From the NCBI GenBank assembly GCA_028023455.1, contig JAQFVV010000009.1:4092001-4156000 (forward strand): a stretch of 64,000 nt of DNA, in the 5' to 3' direction. The stretch comes from Epiperipatus broadwayi. Lineage: Eukaryota; Animalia; Onychophora. Made by a program: the position numbers and the translations under genes. Numbering within the stretch: the stretch's first letter is position 1; every line of letters starts with the position of its first letter. This document shows, piece after piece, positions 11,960-25,049 of the stretch. Under the pieces are notes generated by a model. It did not search any database. It had not been told where the DNA came from and saw only the letters and a program-made list of their open reading frames with translations.

Positions 11960-14900
11960 TATTTTTCTTTCTTTTCGGGAATTTGATAATTTAAAATTCT
12001 AAATTGCCAATGCAAAACTTGTACCAAAACAAATACAGTACAATAGTAATAAAAGAAGTCAAGTACTGGAAAATGAGAAACTATACAATGAAAACAATAA
12101 GTGACATTATAAAGAGACAGGAGGCTGAGGAAAGGTATATAAGCGCTAATCAATTTCCAAAACAATCAATAATAAATTTAAATAAATCAATAACATAGTC
12201 AAATAAAATCCAATGCAAAGCAAACACTTTATCAATTCTTAAAAGTAAGATGGGGGGGGGGGTCATTGTTTGCCATAATTGTCAACTCCCAGATTTTCAT
12301 TATTTTATTCTCTAATTAAAAGTAGCTAATTACATACCCATTTATCAATCAATAATTGGATGTCTATAAGCTTGACCTGGATTCAAATCTGAAATCATGG
12401 ACATTACAGATAGGCTATTATCAAAAAATTAACAATGTCTTTATTTATACAGCACACATAATAAATTTTTAAAAAAATTTCAAAGTTACTCAAATAATTT
12501 CTCTAAATTCAGCTGCTTTTGATAATTACTCAAAGGAAAAAAAAACCCTCCAAAAGCATTAAATTAAAATATTATATTTAGAATATACATATATTGTAAC
12601 TATGAGGGCCATATGATGGAAAGAGTATCATACGGGGAAGATAATTCTTATACATACGTGATCTGTTTTAATTTTATTTCTTTTTGTGTTATCCTGATTG
12701 TTTGTAACAAATGATACTCGACTGATATCAGACGTAAAGCATGGTCTTCAATCATTTTGGATTTTGGGGCTTTAATGATTGAAGGTGCAGACTGGATTTC
12801 GCTGGATGTTCCACTAATTCAAACAACACGGTGCCTCTTGGAATTCGGAATTTTTAAAGCTATGTAATACTCATTGTTGACTTCTTAATATGTAAAGCAC
12901 TGTGTTCTCTGTGATCCACGTGGGCAGGTAGACAGTATGTGGTCCCTGCCCATTTGGAATCGTAAGAACCGTTGTAACTTCCCAATAAAGGTTACTTTTG
13001 AAAGACAAAAGAGTATATAAAAAAGACAAAACAAAACTTCTATTATTATTTAAAAAACTGATAAAATATGATTAAAATTTGTATTGACTGTGGATTAATA
13101 ACCTGTTCAATAAATGACATATGTGGGCATACAATAATAAATAAATAAAATTACACATATCACTATTAAAATATTTTATATAAAATTAATATTGTTGTTA
13201 TTTAGTATTTAGAATAAATAATATAAAAAATAATTATTATTATTACAGTTTGCAAAATATTATTCTTTATGTTTTTATTTATGTAAATGAGTTGATTTTA
13301 AAAAAAAAATGCTGGACAGAATGTGGAAAAAATCAATTAAGTTTCTTGAAATTATTGTCTAATTGAAAAAAAAAAAAAGAGGTGATTTTTGAATAAAATT
13401 AATAAAGGAAGCAGATACTGAACTCAGTGATATGCTCAGAAATCAAAAAATATGGATTTCTAAGACAATAAGATTGAGCATGGAATAAGTGAATTATATA
13501 ACACAAATCTCTACAAAATTACTGGATATCTCATAATTTATAATGTTTGTCAATCAACTAGAAAGCAATATATATATATATAAATTATTGTTCAAAAACA
13601 AAGTCAGACATTCAAAGCTAGTAGTTAATAAAAATAATTCCATTCAATTATTACACTGTCAGTTTCAACATGGATTATTCAGAACTCAAAGAAACAAGCA
13701 AGGACAAAATTGATAAGTCTTATTCAATATCACATCATTCAGATTAAATAAATTTAAAAAATGGTAATATTATTTTTTGTTTACTTTATAAAAAAAATCT
13801 AATTTACCAAAACATTCTATATAAAACTACAATGATAATAACACTTTTATGTAAAACAAATATTAATTTAAAAAAAATTGTATTAATTAATGATTGATAT
13901 ATTCATATATGGACCTATTATAAAGTTGATGTACACGTGTTTATTTTAGTTAAATTTTTTATTCTTATTTATATGATAAACATATAAACTATTTATAAAT
14001 GACTATGATTATAGATATTAACTTTTGCTACACATTAAACATGTTTAACTCAAAGCAGAGTATTTATATGTCACACATGGGAGAGTTAAATATTGTTCAT
14101 ACTTGATGAGATATGCTTCTGCTCTGTTTCCCGTTTCTAATAGTCAAATCAAAATGTTTGATTACTGCAATTATATTATATAATAAACTATAATAAAAAA
14201 GCAAAATATACTTTTTAAAATTAGAAAATTTATTAATGAAAATAGAGAAGTGTATAATTATTTTTTTTAATCATTATTTATTTGGTGTTTTAATTACCAC
14301 ATTTATATTGTTTATTATGTATAATAAAATTAATATTATTATCAATTGACATGGTGTCTTTGATCTCTAAATTTTATCTATGTCTCTACTTTACTTTGAA
14401 ATTAATGCAAAATTTCAGTGATGGATGTTGCATCTATTCATTGTAACTCTTAAGATTATAATATAAAACTCTAAACATTCATATCATGTTACATGCACAT
14501 TGGCTACAGGTTATAAGGTCATTGTAACTAGTTGCCTGATGATAAATGCCTAAACTTGTCAATAAAGTGCAGATACCAGAAATGTAATTCCTGGTTTTTC
14601 ATATTTATATTTGTAAATGTGCTGGGTTAGAATACCCAATTTTTCTATTTAATGAATTACACGAGAAGTGCAATTCCTGCATATTTAAATTTGATCTTTA
14701 CTAAATATAGAATGCACATTGTTGCTATTTAACAAATTGTGTTAGTGAATTCAACTGATGATTGTTTATGCTTGTTCTAACATTAAAAAATGTAAGATAT
14801 AAGATGATGCACTTACTGCTATACTTTAAATAAAAAAATTGTCAAAGAACTTTAATATTTTTATATGGTTTCATCATTAGTGAATATGATATGAGATTTA

Positions 14901-16769
14901 TTGGATCTAATGAAGAAATAAAATTTTGTGAAAAAGAACGATATACATGTGAAAAAATAAATTATAGGACCATGTTTCCCTGAAAATAAAAGCAGGTCTT
15001 ATATTAATTTTTGCTCCAAAAAACATCACAGTGCTCATTTTAGGGAATGATTTTTTTTTTTTTTCATGTAGAAAAATGTACATTTATTCAAGTGCTTCTT
15101 CTCTTTTACAGAAAGCTGTAAAATTTTTGCCCCAGGAGCCCCCACAATTCCTTTCTTGTACTTACCAAAATAGCTTCTTTTTTTGCACTCATCTTATCTG
15201 GCAATCAGAATATTATTCCATTTAAATTTACCATTAAATCAAGTGTAAATTGAAAATTTGTGAGAGAAGTGGTAACAAAAATGATTACTGTTAAAAATAG
15301 TTTGTCCACATAAAAGCAACAAAAAAATATAATCACAAAATTTCAGAAAATGTTTCTGTATTTCATATGTGCACATGAAGTATGTCCATTGTAACATATG
15401 GTATATTGAATTACAGTGATTCATATATGACCCAACTAAACACTTTCCAAATTACTTGTAATAACACTGCTTGGGTATTTTTTTTTAAACTTTTCTTCAG
15501 GAGAAAGATTGATGATTTAACTTAAGCTAAAACTCTGATTATTAAAATCACCTGTTATTTTAGTAAAATCTTTTAGGAGGCAAAAAAAATGTTTAAGAAA
15601 TCAGACTAATTTTTCTTTCATTTTGAATATTTAAAAGCTACCATAATGAAACTCTAAAACTAAATCAAGCATTCTAAATTTAAGTATTAAATACAAATAA
15701 AATAAGCACTTAAAAATATATATGAAACTATAAATTGTCCAATATATCAACTTGTGTTTCTCTATATAAGTAGAATTATGATTGCTGAAAATGATTGATG
15801 GGAAAATATAAAAGAACCATTTAATTTATATTATAGTTTATTTAAAGCATTAATGTTAATAGTATTGTTTATTTATATATCCATTACTTTATAATTCAAT
15901 AGGCCTCATCGACCATCTATTTTTGGCTGACAATCTTAACTAGGGCTTATATTATAAGTATCCTGAAAAATCATGCTAGGGCTTATTTTCTGGTTAGATC
16001 TTATTTTCAAGGAAAAATGTTAACATGATTTAAAAAAACCAGAAATAAAAAAATGAAGAGACAAGAGACTATACTATGTAATAAATTTTTTTATTTGGGA
16101 AAGTCCATTAAAAATAAAATTTTTAATTATTAAATAATAATTAAAAAAAATAAAGAAATTTAGGGGGAGCTGTCTTTATTTTAAATATATTTATCCGGTT
16201 CTTGGTGGAATTTGCAGTTGATGAGAGGATAGATTTTGACCCATGCTTATATTAATTTGCTGATCATAAAAGAACTTTTATCTAAAATGGAATGAGGAAC
16301 TGTAGTACTATTAACTAAAGAATCTAAATCTCCATTGCCTACGAAAAAAATGCTTGAGATCTTACTGCAAAAGATGGATTCCAAATTTGAAAAAAATAAT
16401 ATAAAGAAAGAAGAAGAGATACATTCCAAATGAGATAAAAATAGTATGAAAATAAAAGCAAATAGTGTAAAAATAGATGCATATTAGAAAAGAAGTTCAA
16501 AATTTTGGAATTTGAATTTAAAATACAAGGAATTAGAAAACAAGAGAAAATAATAAGAAATGTGACGTAAATTTTACCAGTATAAGTGACAGAATGAATA
16601 AATAAATTGTGGATTTAGAAAAAAGACTTCAACAAAGTTTCAAACAAAAATTTCAGAATTTAAAAATCACTTGGAGAAGAATTAAAGAAAGTTGCTAAAA
16701 AAAATAGTGGAAATGGATAAAAAGAAGGAAAGATGAAAGAAACAATAATATTTCTGTAGTGTAATTTTT

Positions 16770-18700
16770 ACTACATCATTTTCACACAAAGTAGAGACTG
16801 GTTTCTATCCGCTTTTTATATCTTCTGGAGGGATGTAATCATAAACATATGACCAGTTATGTGAAAAAGATCTATACTGCTAACAATACCATTTAATGGT
16901 AATCCCATGGGCCATCTGCTCATCATGTTGTAAAATTTCCCATTGGTAATAGTTATAATTTTGTTATTAATTCAATTTAGAACTTCAATTATGAATTCTT
17001 TTTTATATTGACTATAGTTATTTTACTGCAAAACATCTTGCATGATGCTGATAGATAGGTCTCGAGGCACCGATCCATACAGTTCCTTTATGTCTAATGA
17101 GGCTAGCTTGTGGTCTTTATGAACTTTAATGTTTTTAATGTTCTCCATGCACTTGAAAGATAATTTAACAGAATAGATACGGAATCCAAAATCTATCAAC
17201 CAATTGGCTATTTTATTTGCAGCCTTGAAATAATATGCCCCATTGAAATCTAGGCATTAATTTTAGTGGTTGGCCTTCTTTATGTAACTTTATATTAGTT
17301 TACATACGAATTCATAACTGAAGTTCTAAATTGGATTAATAACGAAATTGTAGCTATTGTCAATGGGACTACCAGTAAGTGGTATAGTTAGCAGGAATGT
17401 TCTCTTAAAATTTGAAACATCTAAAATGTTTGGTCTCTACAGGTAATGACATTTATGCGACATAAGTAGAAGATGTATTCATATGTGCTTTGGAGGATCA
17501 GATTAATAATATACATTTAGAACTTGATAAAGCATCACTTCTGTTATAGACTATTGAAAACAAAGATAAGAATCACAGGATAAATTTTCTGGATATATAT
17601 ATATCCAAAGAAACAAAAGTGAGCTGGACTTCAAAATGAATGTGAAACCAATCCAAATGAGAGGAACTTGCATGTCTAAAAGATTTCTTACATAGAAACA
17701 AAAAGTTATGCAATATGAGGCTGGCAGAAAAATTAATACAGAGTCTTATTAAAAATTTAATTGGTTATAACTATATCACATTAATAAAAACAATTGGAAC
17801 ATTTTATAACATTAATAGGTCTAAATGCACTGGAATGCATTAATGGTGAAGCTAAGATATGTCTTGTAATATTACATGGCTGAGCGCACCTGAAAAAGAT
17901 GTAATACATAGGCAACATATATTTAAATTATGTAAAATAGTGGATTAGAAAGTCCATTTTTTTGGAGAGGGATGTTATTTTCTATGCCATGCTTCTTTGA
18001 TTTTACGTTAGGAGTCATGGCATCCTATACATGCAATAGAAGCGGAGGAGAGTTTAAATGTTTGACCAGTGGACCTTTGGTGTTCTAAAAAAATGAAATT
18101 ATATTTGAGTTTATTAAGAACTCTTTTATACAAGTGTGGATAGAGATGCATGGGATTCACGATAGTATAGGACAATGCAATATTAACAAAATTGCTGACA
18201 ATAATAACCCATCTAAAGCATGGATAATCCTACCTTACATCACTCATACTGCAATGAAACTAAGATCTGTGCGGATACATTCAGAGTTAGCATCAGATCA
18301 CCTCCCTCACTCAATAACCTTTTAAACAACATAAAAGATAGAATACTTTTTGAACATGCTCCCAGGTCGTATATAAAATTTCATGCCCTGCCCCATCCTG
18401 TAGCTCTGGGTATTTATGGTGAATCTCGTGCTAACAGATCAAGAGTCACCAAGCACATGTATTCATATAATAATACATAATTAAATTTGTGAATACAAAT
18501 CTATCTTTTTTGATCGTGAGCTGGCTATGGGACACACTTTTTCTACCTCCAATCTAAGAACAATATGTGCTAAGAGGGACGATAGGAAAAGAAAATATAA
18601 AGAGGCTTGGGCTATTGCAAGGAATCCTCATTCCATGAATAGAAAAAATTCCTATGTTCCATTATCAAAAAAATAAAATACATAATTTATATACTGCATA
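16770..18700. mobile_element. Mosaic of decayed Penelope-like element fragments in alternating orientation
   Basis: Minus strand: ASLDIKELYGSVP (~17050-17110) and RWPMGLPLNGIVS (~16880-16925). Plus strand: SMGLPVSGIVS (~17365), an ..VEDVFI-like motif (~17460) and INFLDI (~17580). Minus strand: RKIKEAWH (~17985-18010). Plus strand: WIILPYI, GIYGESRANRSRVTKH, GHTF and RKYKEAWAI (18150-18630; GIY-YIG region). Confidence 0.75.
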
Positions 18701-19696
18701 TGATTTACATATTGGTCTGTGCTACTATATATGCATATTTTTAATATCGCAATTCTATTCTGCATTATGATTCTGCAGCAATATGCTGAAAAAGGCTCAG
18801 TGCATTTAAGACTTTCTTATTAGTTTTATTAACTTGAACAATACAAGTTTGGAAGAATTAAAGAATTGTATGGAAAATGTCTATACTATTGAGAATAGCA
18901 TACTAATGTAAAAATTTAAAACAAATAATAGTAACTTTTTCCCTAATGGAAAATGTATAATACATTATAATACCTTCATGTAAATTACACTTAAGGAAAA
19001 CAAAAAAATGTAAATTATTAGTAAATCAGACATATAAGTTTTTACTATTCAATGAAATTTCATTTCTGCCTGACATAAAAACTATCTATAATAATACTGG
19101 CAATGCTAATCACAAGAATTAAAATTATTTATTACTGAAACAAAAAAATCAGTCTTTATTTTATGAATTCCATACAGAAATGAATATCATTTTGTTTTCC
19201 AAATAAAGATGAATTTAAGTATCATTAAATAGAAACAATCGTCAACACTAATCCTTAAATCTAGGATTATCTAATATATTTTTCCATATCTTGAATAATT
19301 GTAAAATTACTAAATTTTAAAAATTATAATTATAAATTAGATATTTATAGAATAACTGTTATTTTTTCCCTTCCTTCTTAATTGAAATAGACTATTATTG
19401 TTGAATAATTCTAAACTGCAGACACCTGAGAAAATGTCTTAAATCAATGCTTGTTTGAAATAAATGATCTCATTTCACTAACATAGGAAATCAATTCCTG
19501 AATACATCAGTGAAAGTATTATGTGTTCAAGTGACATAATTTTTATTAAAGAAATTTCTAGTGAAATCTAGTGATTGTGCTTCAATGATAACTTCCTTTA
19601 GTAAATAATATTATAGGTAATAACTAACCATCAAAATTCCAAGAGGTTTCGCTAATGATTCATAACTTTTACATTATGATGAAGGCAAAGAAAAAT

Positions 19697-19712
19697 AATA
19701 ATAATAATAATA
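19697..19712. repeat. (TAA)n microsatellite
   Basis: A short aataataataataataat run. Confidence 0.7.
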
Positions 19713-20558
19713 ATAGTCCTGGGTGGGGACACAAAAAAGTTATTACAGTAAAAGCAAGACCAAGACTAGAATGAAATATTAAGTTTCAATATCTATTTAC
19801 AAGAATAAATGAAATTTAAACCAAAAGAATAGATATTATAGTAATCTGGTGAATGTCTTAATTCCTTCTCTTATTTAAATGCTGTTAATCAATTATCAGC
19901 ATAAAATATTGCTCAAGTTCTCAATAAATATTATTCTAGAATATAAAATTCATTAGTCTTATCTTGTCTATCAACAATAAAAAAATTAGCCAAAAATATA
20001 ATAGCAATGCTGCAAAATCAATGAGAATATTCTTCAACTTGCTGTATATGATGGTAATGATTCAACAAATGTAAAGGCACATCTTTGGATTGAGCACATA
20101 GCAAACAAATAATAATAATTTATTTAAGTTAAACTTGAACATGATTTTCACAGAAGGGGCAAACTTTATTTTATAAAAAAAATTATATTAAAAGATTTCC
20201 TAAGAAGATGAAATACTGATAGTTTTTATTTGAATTTATATAATTGACAATATAATGTATTGAAAAGCCACATTAAGACAAAGTTCTTAAATCTTTCAGA
20301 AACAAAAAGTTAAAAAACAAACTTGAGACACTGAATAAACAGACTAAAGATTAGCATGTAATATAGGTAATCATATTTATAGCTGTTGATTTGTAAAGTC
20401 ATTACAAAACAAAATTTACTTTTTTGTTCTTCTTTATACTCTACCTTAATGCCCCCTCCCCCCACCACCACCACCACTGGAGTTAAGATGGCAATATACA
20501 TTAACAAACAATTCTTCATGAATAAATACAATATCAAAATTATTATACAAACACTTAC

Positions 20559-20637
20559 AGGACAGTTATCAATATCATTAATGACATCAAACATGGCTAG
20601 ATGACCTTCTGCTTTACGACGATCTTCATTGATATCC
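20559..20637 (-). CDS. Ect2: Ect2/pebble internal exon (DH-PH linker)
   Basis: ttttag|G GAT ATC AAT GAA GAT CGT CGT AAA...TGT CCT|gtaagt = DINEDRRKAEGHLAMFDVINDIDNCP. This resembles ECT2 HINEDKRKTE..IFDVVYEVDGCP. The exon is 79 nt and phases are compatible on both sides. Confidence 0.95.
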
Positions 20638-21239
20638 CTAAAAATAATTTATCAATAGAAATTCAATAAAATATAAAAATTTTATATCTATATGAAAAAA
20701 TAATAAATCATCTATAAAAAAATTTTCTTAATGAAAAATTAGAGGCGAGTTTAACAGAACCAAATGCTGAACATGCAAATTGTGGTCCTTTGAATACACG
20801 CATTAAAAAAAAAAATTTAAGCAAACAATTTTAATATATAATTTTAAAATCAAGTATATATTGATTTATACAAATTAATGATGAATTATGAGCCTTGACA
20901 TATAGTACAAATACTTCACATCACTCCATGCTACAATTTAAATGTTAACATACAAAAAAAAATCTTGAGATAAAATTTTTTTCATTTGCAGTAAATGATG
21001 AGAATACTTCTCTCTCAAAGTATAAAAAAAAAAAAAAAAAAATTAAATTAAATCTTTAAATGACTAAATAATTCCCTAATATAATTAACAAATTTTACAC
21101 ATTTTATAATTAGAGTTCTTTTCATTGAAATAATGAAATTTCTTAACAATAATGTTTTAATTGAAAGTACCGTGCATATGATAAATATCATATAAATATT
21201 GAAGCTGTTTTTCTGATGGTTCATGATGATGGTATTTAG

Positions 21240-21414
21240 TTGTATTTATATATTGGACTATTTCCATCATCTAATATATGTATTGAATGTCTAGAAAAAT
21301 TTAACTTTATTTAAATATTCCAAATACATTCAACTGTTAATAATAGCACACAGTTTTCTAAAAACATTCAATACTTATATTAGATGGTGGAAATAGTTCA
21401 ATATATAAATACAA
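21240..21414. mobile_element. MITE-like hairpin, ~60-bp arms
   Basis: ttgtatttatatattggactatttccatcatctaatat..gtattgaatgt is the reverse complement of acattcaatacttatattagatggtggaaatagttcaatatataaatacaa. Confidence 0.75.
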
Positions 21415-22449
21415 ATATTGAAACTGTCTCCTAGCATTTTTAAATTAAAAATTAATTTCCGAAATAACAAAATTTACTTTTAATTTCAAATACGATTCAG
21501 TATATTTGCTCGGTTATCTATATATCCATATGTGGTTATTCATCAATATAGGGTTATAAATGGTTTTCACTAATTCATTACTATTCATCAGTTTCAATTA
21601 TGAGAAATAATTATGACAGTGTCAAGAGAAATCCACTCTGAGCGAGCTTAACATCTCCCTTTATATAGCAAAGGCAATTGAGTAGATCTTGAGCAAGTTA
21701 TCCACTTCTCTCTAAGCACTACATGATTCACTAAACAACAGAAAGATGCATTCTAATGGCCTTTAACTGGACATTCTAAAAAGCTACAGTCATCATGGCA
21801 ATTAGAAAATGTAGTAGAAAGTATTTTCACTCTTTCACTTCTCATAAAAATGGTAAGCTTTACCTGTTAATGTTATTGTCTTTATTGTTAAAAATCGTCG
21901 CTAGCAAAAGTTATTTTATTAAAGTCACTACCTGATGTAAATATATATATTCAATCAATGGCTACTTGATTGAATACAGAGTGAATCCAAAATAAACAGT
22001 ACTAAATAACATTTGATTAAACTGCTTTTTAAATCATCATTCACTTTATGACTAAAAAAGTGCTTTCCAAAACATCCAGTCATTTATAGTATTTTTTAAT
22101 TAATTTTATTCACACTACAATATGCATCTTAAAATGTATTTTTGGTATAGAAAAATAATATTTGAATAAAATTTTATTGTTTTTTTTCTTACCATTTAAA
22201 GGCATAATGATAAAATTGAGATTTTAGATAAAACTTTATTTTATATATTTTAATATTAAACATTTATTTAAATGTCCTTTTTTCTTCACTTATATTACTG
22301 TAGTTTCTTCTTGTTAAAAACATTCACAATATCAATTGTTACATTTTTATCTCGTTTATTAATATATGTTTAAAGTGTCAAAAAACAAATAAAGGCAACG
22401 AAAATGGAATTTTATAGCAGGCACACACACACAATTTTTTATACATAGA

Positions 22450-24475
22450 GATAAGTTCAAAAAAATCTTTAAATAGCCAACTACCCTTCTTGTTTTACTT
22501 CTGAGAATAGCCAGATAATCATTTATTGACCAATATATAAATTCTAATGAATTTAAATTAGAACTTATAAATCAGTTTCAAGAATTAGTAGATTTTGAAC
22601 ATGATTCAGATTTGAATGAAATTAATATGAAAATAATTGATACACTTTTAAAAACTGCAACGAAGATAGCTGGTAGAAAAAAGCAGCAATTGACCAATAA
22701 AATTTCGACTGAGACTAGAGAATTTATTAAGAAAAGAAGGAATATGAAGATATACAAAAATGATGCATTAAAAAGGATTGAATATCTCGAATTTTGTAAA
22801 ATGGTGGGAAAAGAGTTGAAAATGATATAAGAAAGTATAACTATGAACTAGCAAAAAAAGCTGTAGAAGAAAATAAAAGTCTCAAGAATGTAGAACAATA
22901 TTTGGGTATTGGTAGGAAATTTATATCTGCAATAAAGAAAAAAGATGGAATTATTACTAAAAAGAGAGATGACATTATGAAATGGGTAGAAGACTTTTAA
23001 CAAGAATTATGTAGTAATAAAGAACAAGTACCTCCTATATCTATTACATCTTCCGAATTGGCCAGAATTTTAAATGAAGAAGTGAGACATGCAATTAAAT
23101 ATATGAAGAAAGAAAAGGCTCCAGGTAATGATAGAAATACAATTGATATATTAAAAGAAACAGGTGAAGAAATAGATGTTTTTTTTAGCAAAGTTATATA
23201 CCAAATGTCTAAATGATAAAGACGTCCCAGATGATTGGAAGAATGCAGTATTAATATTAATATTTTAAAAAGGTGATAAAGAAAATACTAAAATTTCAGA
23301 CCTATCAGTCTCATATAAAATTTTTATCAAGATAATTACAACTCATCTACAGAGAACATTGGATTTCCACCAACCAAGAGAACAAGCTGGATTTAAAAGT
23401 GGTTTTAGTACAGTAGATCATATCCAGGTATCGAGAAAAGTTATAGAAAGGACAAATGAATATGAGTTTGACATTAAGTTTTGGATTTGTAGATTATGAA
23501 AAGGCATTTGATTCTATAAACATTTCTTCAGTGATTAAAGTTTGGATCATCAAGAATATTTATAAAAATGCAACAGCAACAATTAGATTACATAATGATA
23601 CTGGGAAAGTCAACATTGAGAAGGGTGTAAGACAGGGTGGCTTCATATCTCCAAAATCTTTTACAGCAGTGCTGCAAGAGGGAAGCTAAAGGAGTGAAAG
23701 TAAATGGAGATTATTTAAGTCATTTAGATTTTGCAGATAATGCAGTTGTTTTTGCAAATAATGCTTTAGAGCTGCAAGAAATGTTGCAGGAGTTATCAGA
23801 TGAAAGTAGGAAAATAAGACTAAAGTAATGTTTAATGGATTTTCTCAAAATATGAAAATAAAGATTGATTATGATAAGTTAGAAGATGTTAACAGTTATA
23901 AATACCATGGTCAGATTATTAATACAGATGGAAACATAATGGATGAAATTAATCATAAAAGTAAACTTGGTTGGAGTGCTTTTGGTAGAAATAACTTGAT
24001 ACTAAAAGGAAATATGCTTATGTGTTTGAAAAGGAAGGTTTTTTAACAAATGTGTTTTACCAGTTCTTACTTATGGATCTGAGACTTAATAAAAGAGCAA
24101 TACAGAGATTTCAGACCACTCAAAGAAAAATGGAGAGATGCATGTTGGGAATAACAAGAAGAGATCAAAAACACAATGTATGAGTAAGAGAACAAGCAGG
24201 TGTTACTGACCTCATTGAAAAAATTAAGATTGAAGTGGAATTGGGTCGGACATATTGCTAGAAGAGATGATATAGATGAACAATTAAAATCTTAAACTGC
24301 ATTCCAAGAGATTGTAAAAGACCCAGAAAGAGACCACATGTTAGATGGATGGATGAAATAAGAAAGTGTGCAGGTGTGATGTGGAGAAGAGAAGTTAAAG
24401 ATTGGAGAAGATGGATTGAACTTGGAGAGACCTTCATCCTGCAGTGGATTGATAATGGTTGATGATGACCTTGCT
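22450..24475 (+). mobile_element. RTE-clade LINE, 5'-truncated and frameshifted
   Basis: Motifs in shifting frames include KAPGND, HQPREQAGFKSGFSTVDHI, FVDYEKAFDSI, KGVRQGG.ISPK.F, HLDFADNAVVFA, VLPVLTYGSE, KWNWVGHIARR and GETFILQWIDNG. The element ends in a TGA-repeat tail. Confidence 0.9.
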
Positions 24476-25049
24476 TATAATCTGATTTTATCAAAATTTC
24501 CTTTTTTAATTATCTTAGTATATAGTGATTAAAGAAAACAAAGATTTTTTTATTTATGAACTTATATACTAATGATAAATTAATTTTAATTATTGTCTGT
24601 ATGTTTGTATAATTAGTCATAACAGTTAGTTATTTGTTATTTCAATCTGTTAGTAGATAGATATACATAAGTAATTGGCCAAAAAGATATCTATAGTTGG
24701 ATTTAAAAAATACAGAATATTACTTGGACTGTCTGTGCATGAATATAATTAAAATATAAATAAAACTAATTAAATTTTTATAATTACATATAGACAATAC
24801 ATGTATAATTGTCACTCTTCATTACTATTTTTTCTCTACAAAAATTTACATACAATCTGAATATCTTTTCCTTAAAAAAAAAAAATCTTTATAAAGCAAA
24901 AATTGTATACAAATTTGGAAAAAAATGATTTACAATTCAACTAAATATTATCAAATATATTATTAAAAAATAGATACATAAAGTGATGTATAAATTACAA
25001 AAAATATATTTTGTAAATACATACCGCAGGCACAGGCATGCAAAAGAAA

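Noticed and set aside
12600-13000. Possible zinc-knuckle or LINE ORF1 remnant on the minus strand (RDHILSTCP...QCFTY)
   Set aside because: The Cys/His spacing is incomplete, so it cannot be assigned without a search.
15174-15205. Minus-strand mini-exon candidate (ccag|ATAAGATGAG...ATTTTG|gtaagt)
   Set aside because: At 32 nt it would frameshift between two phase-0 junctions, the acceptor is weak, and ECT2 homology is continuous without it.
20740-20810. GC-richer patch upstream of the Ect2 acceptor (alternative exon or snoRNA?)
   Set aside because: The Ect2 frame hits a stop and has no donor, and no C/D or H/ACA boxes are evident.
22185-22225. IIMPLN|gtaag resembling the ECT2 PH motif LMPLS
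   Set aside because: It lies upstream of the exons that must precede that motif, so it is a chance match.
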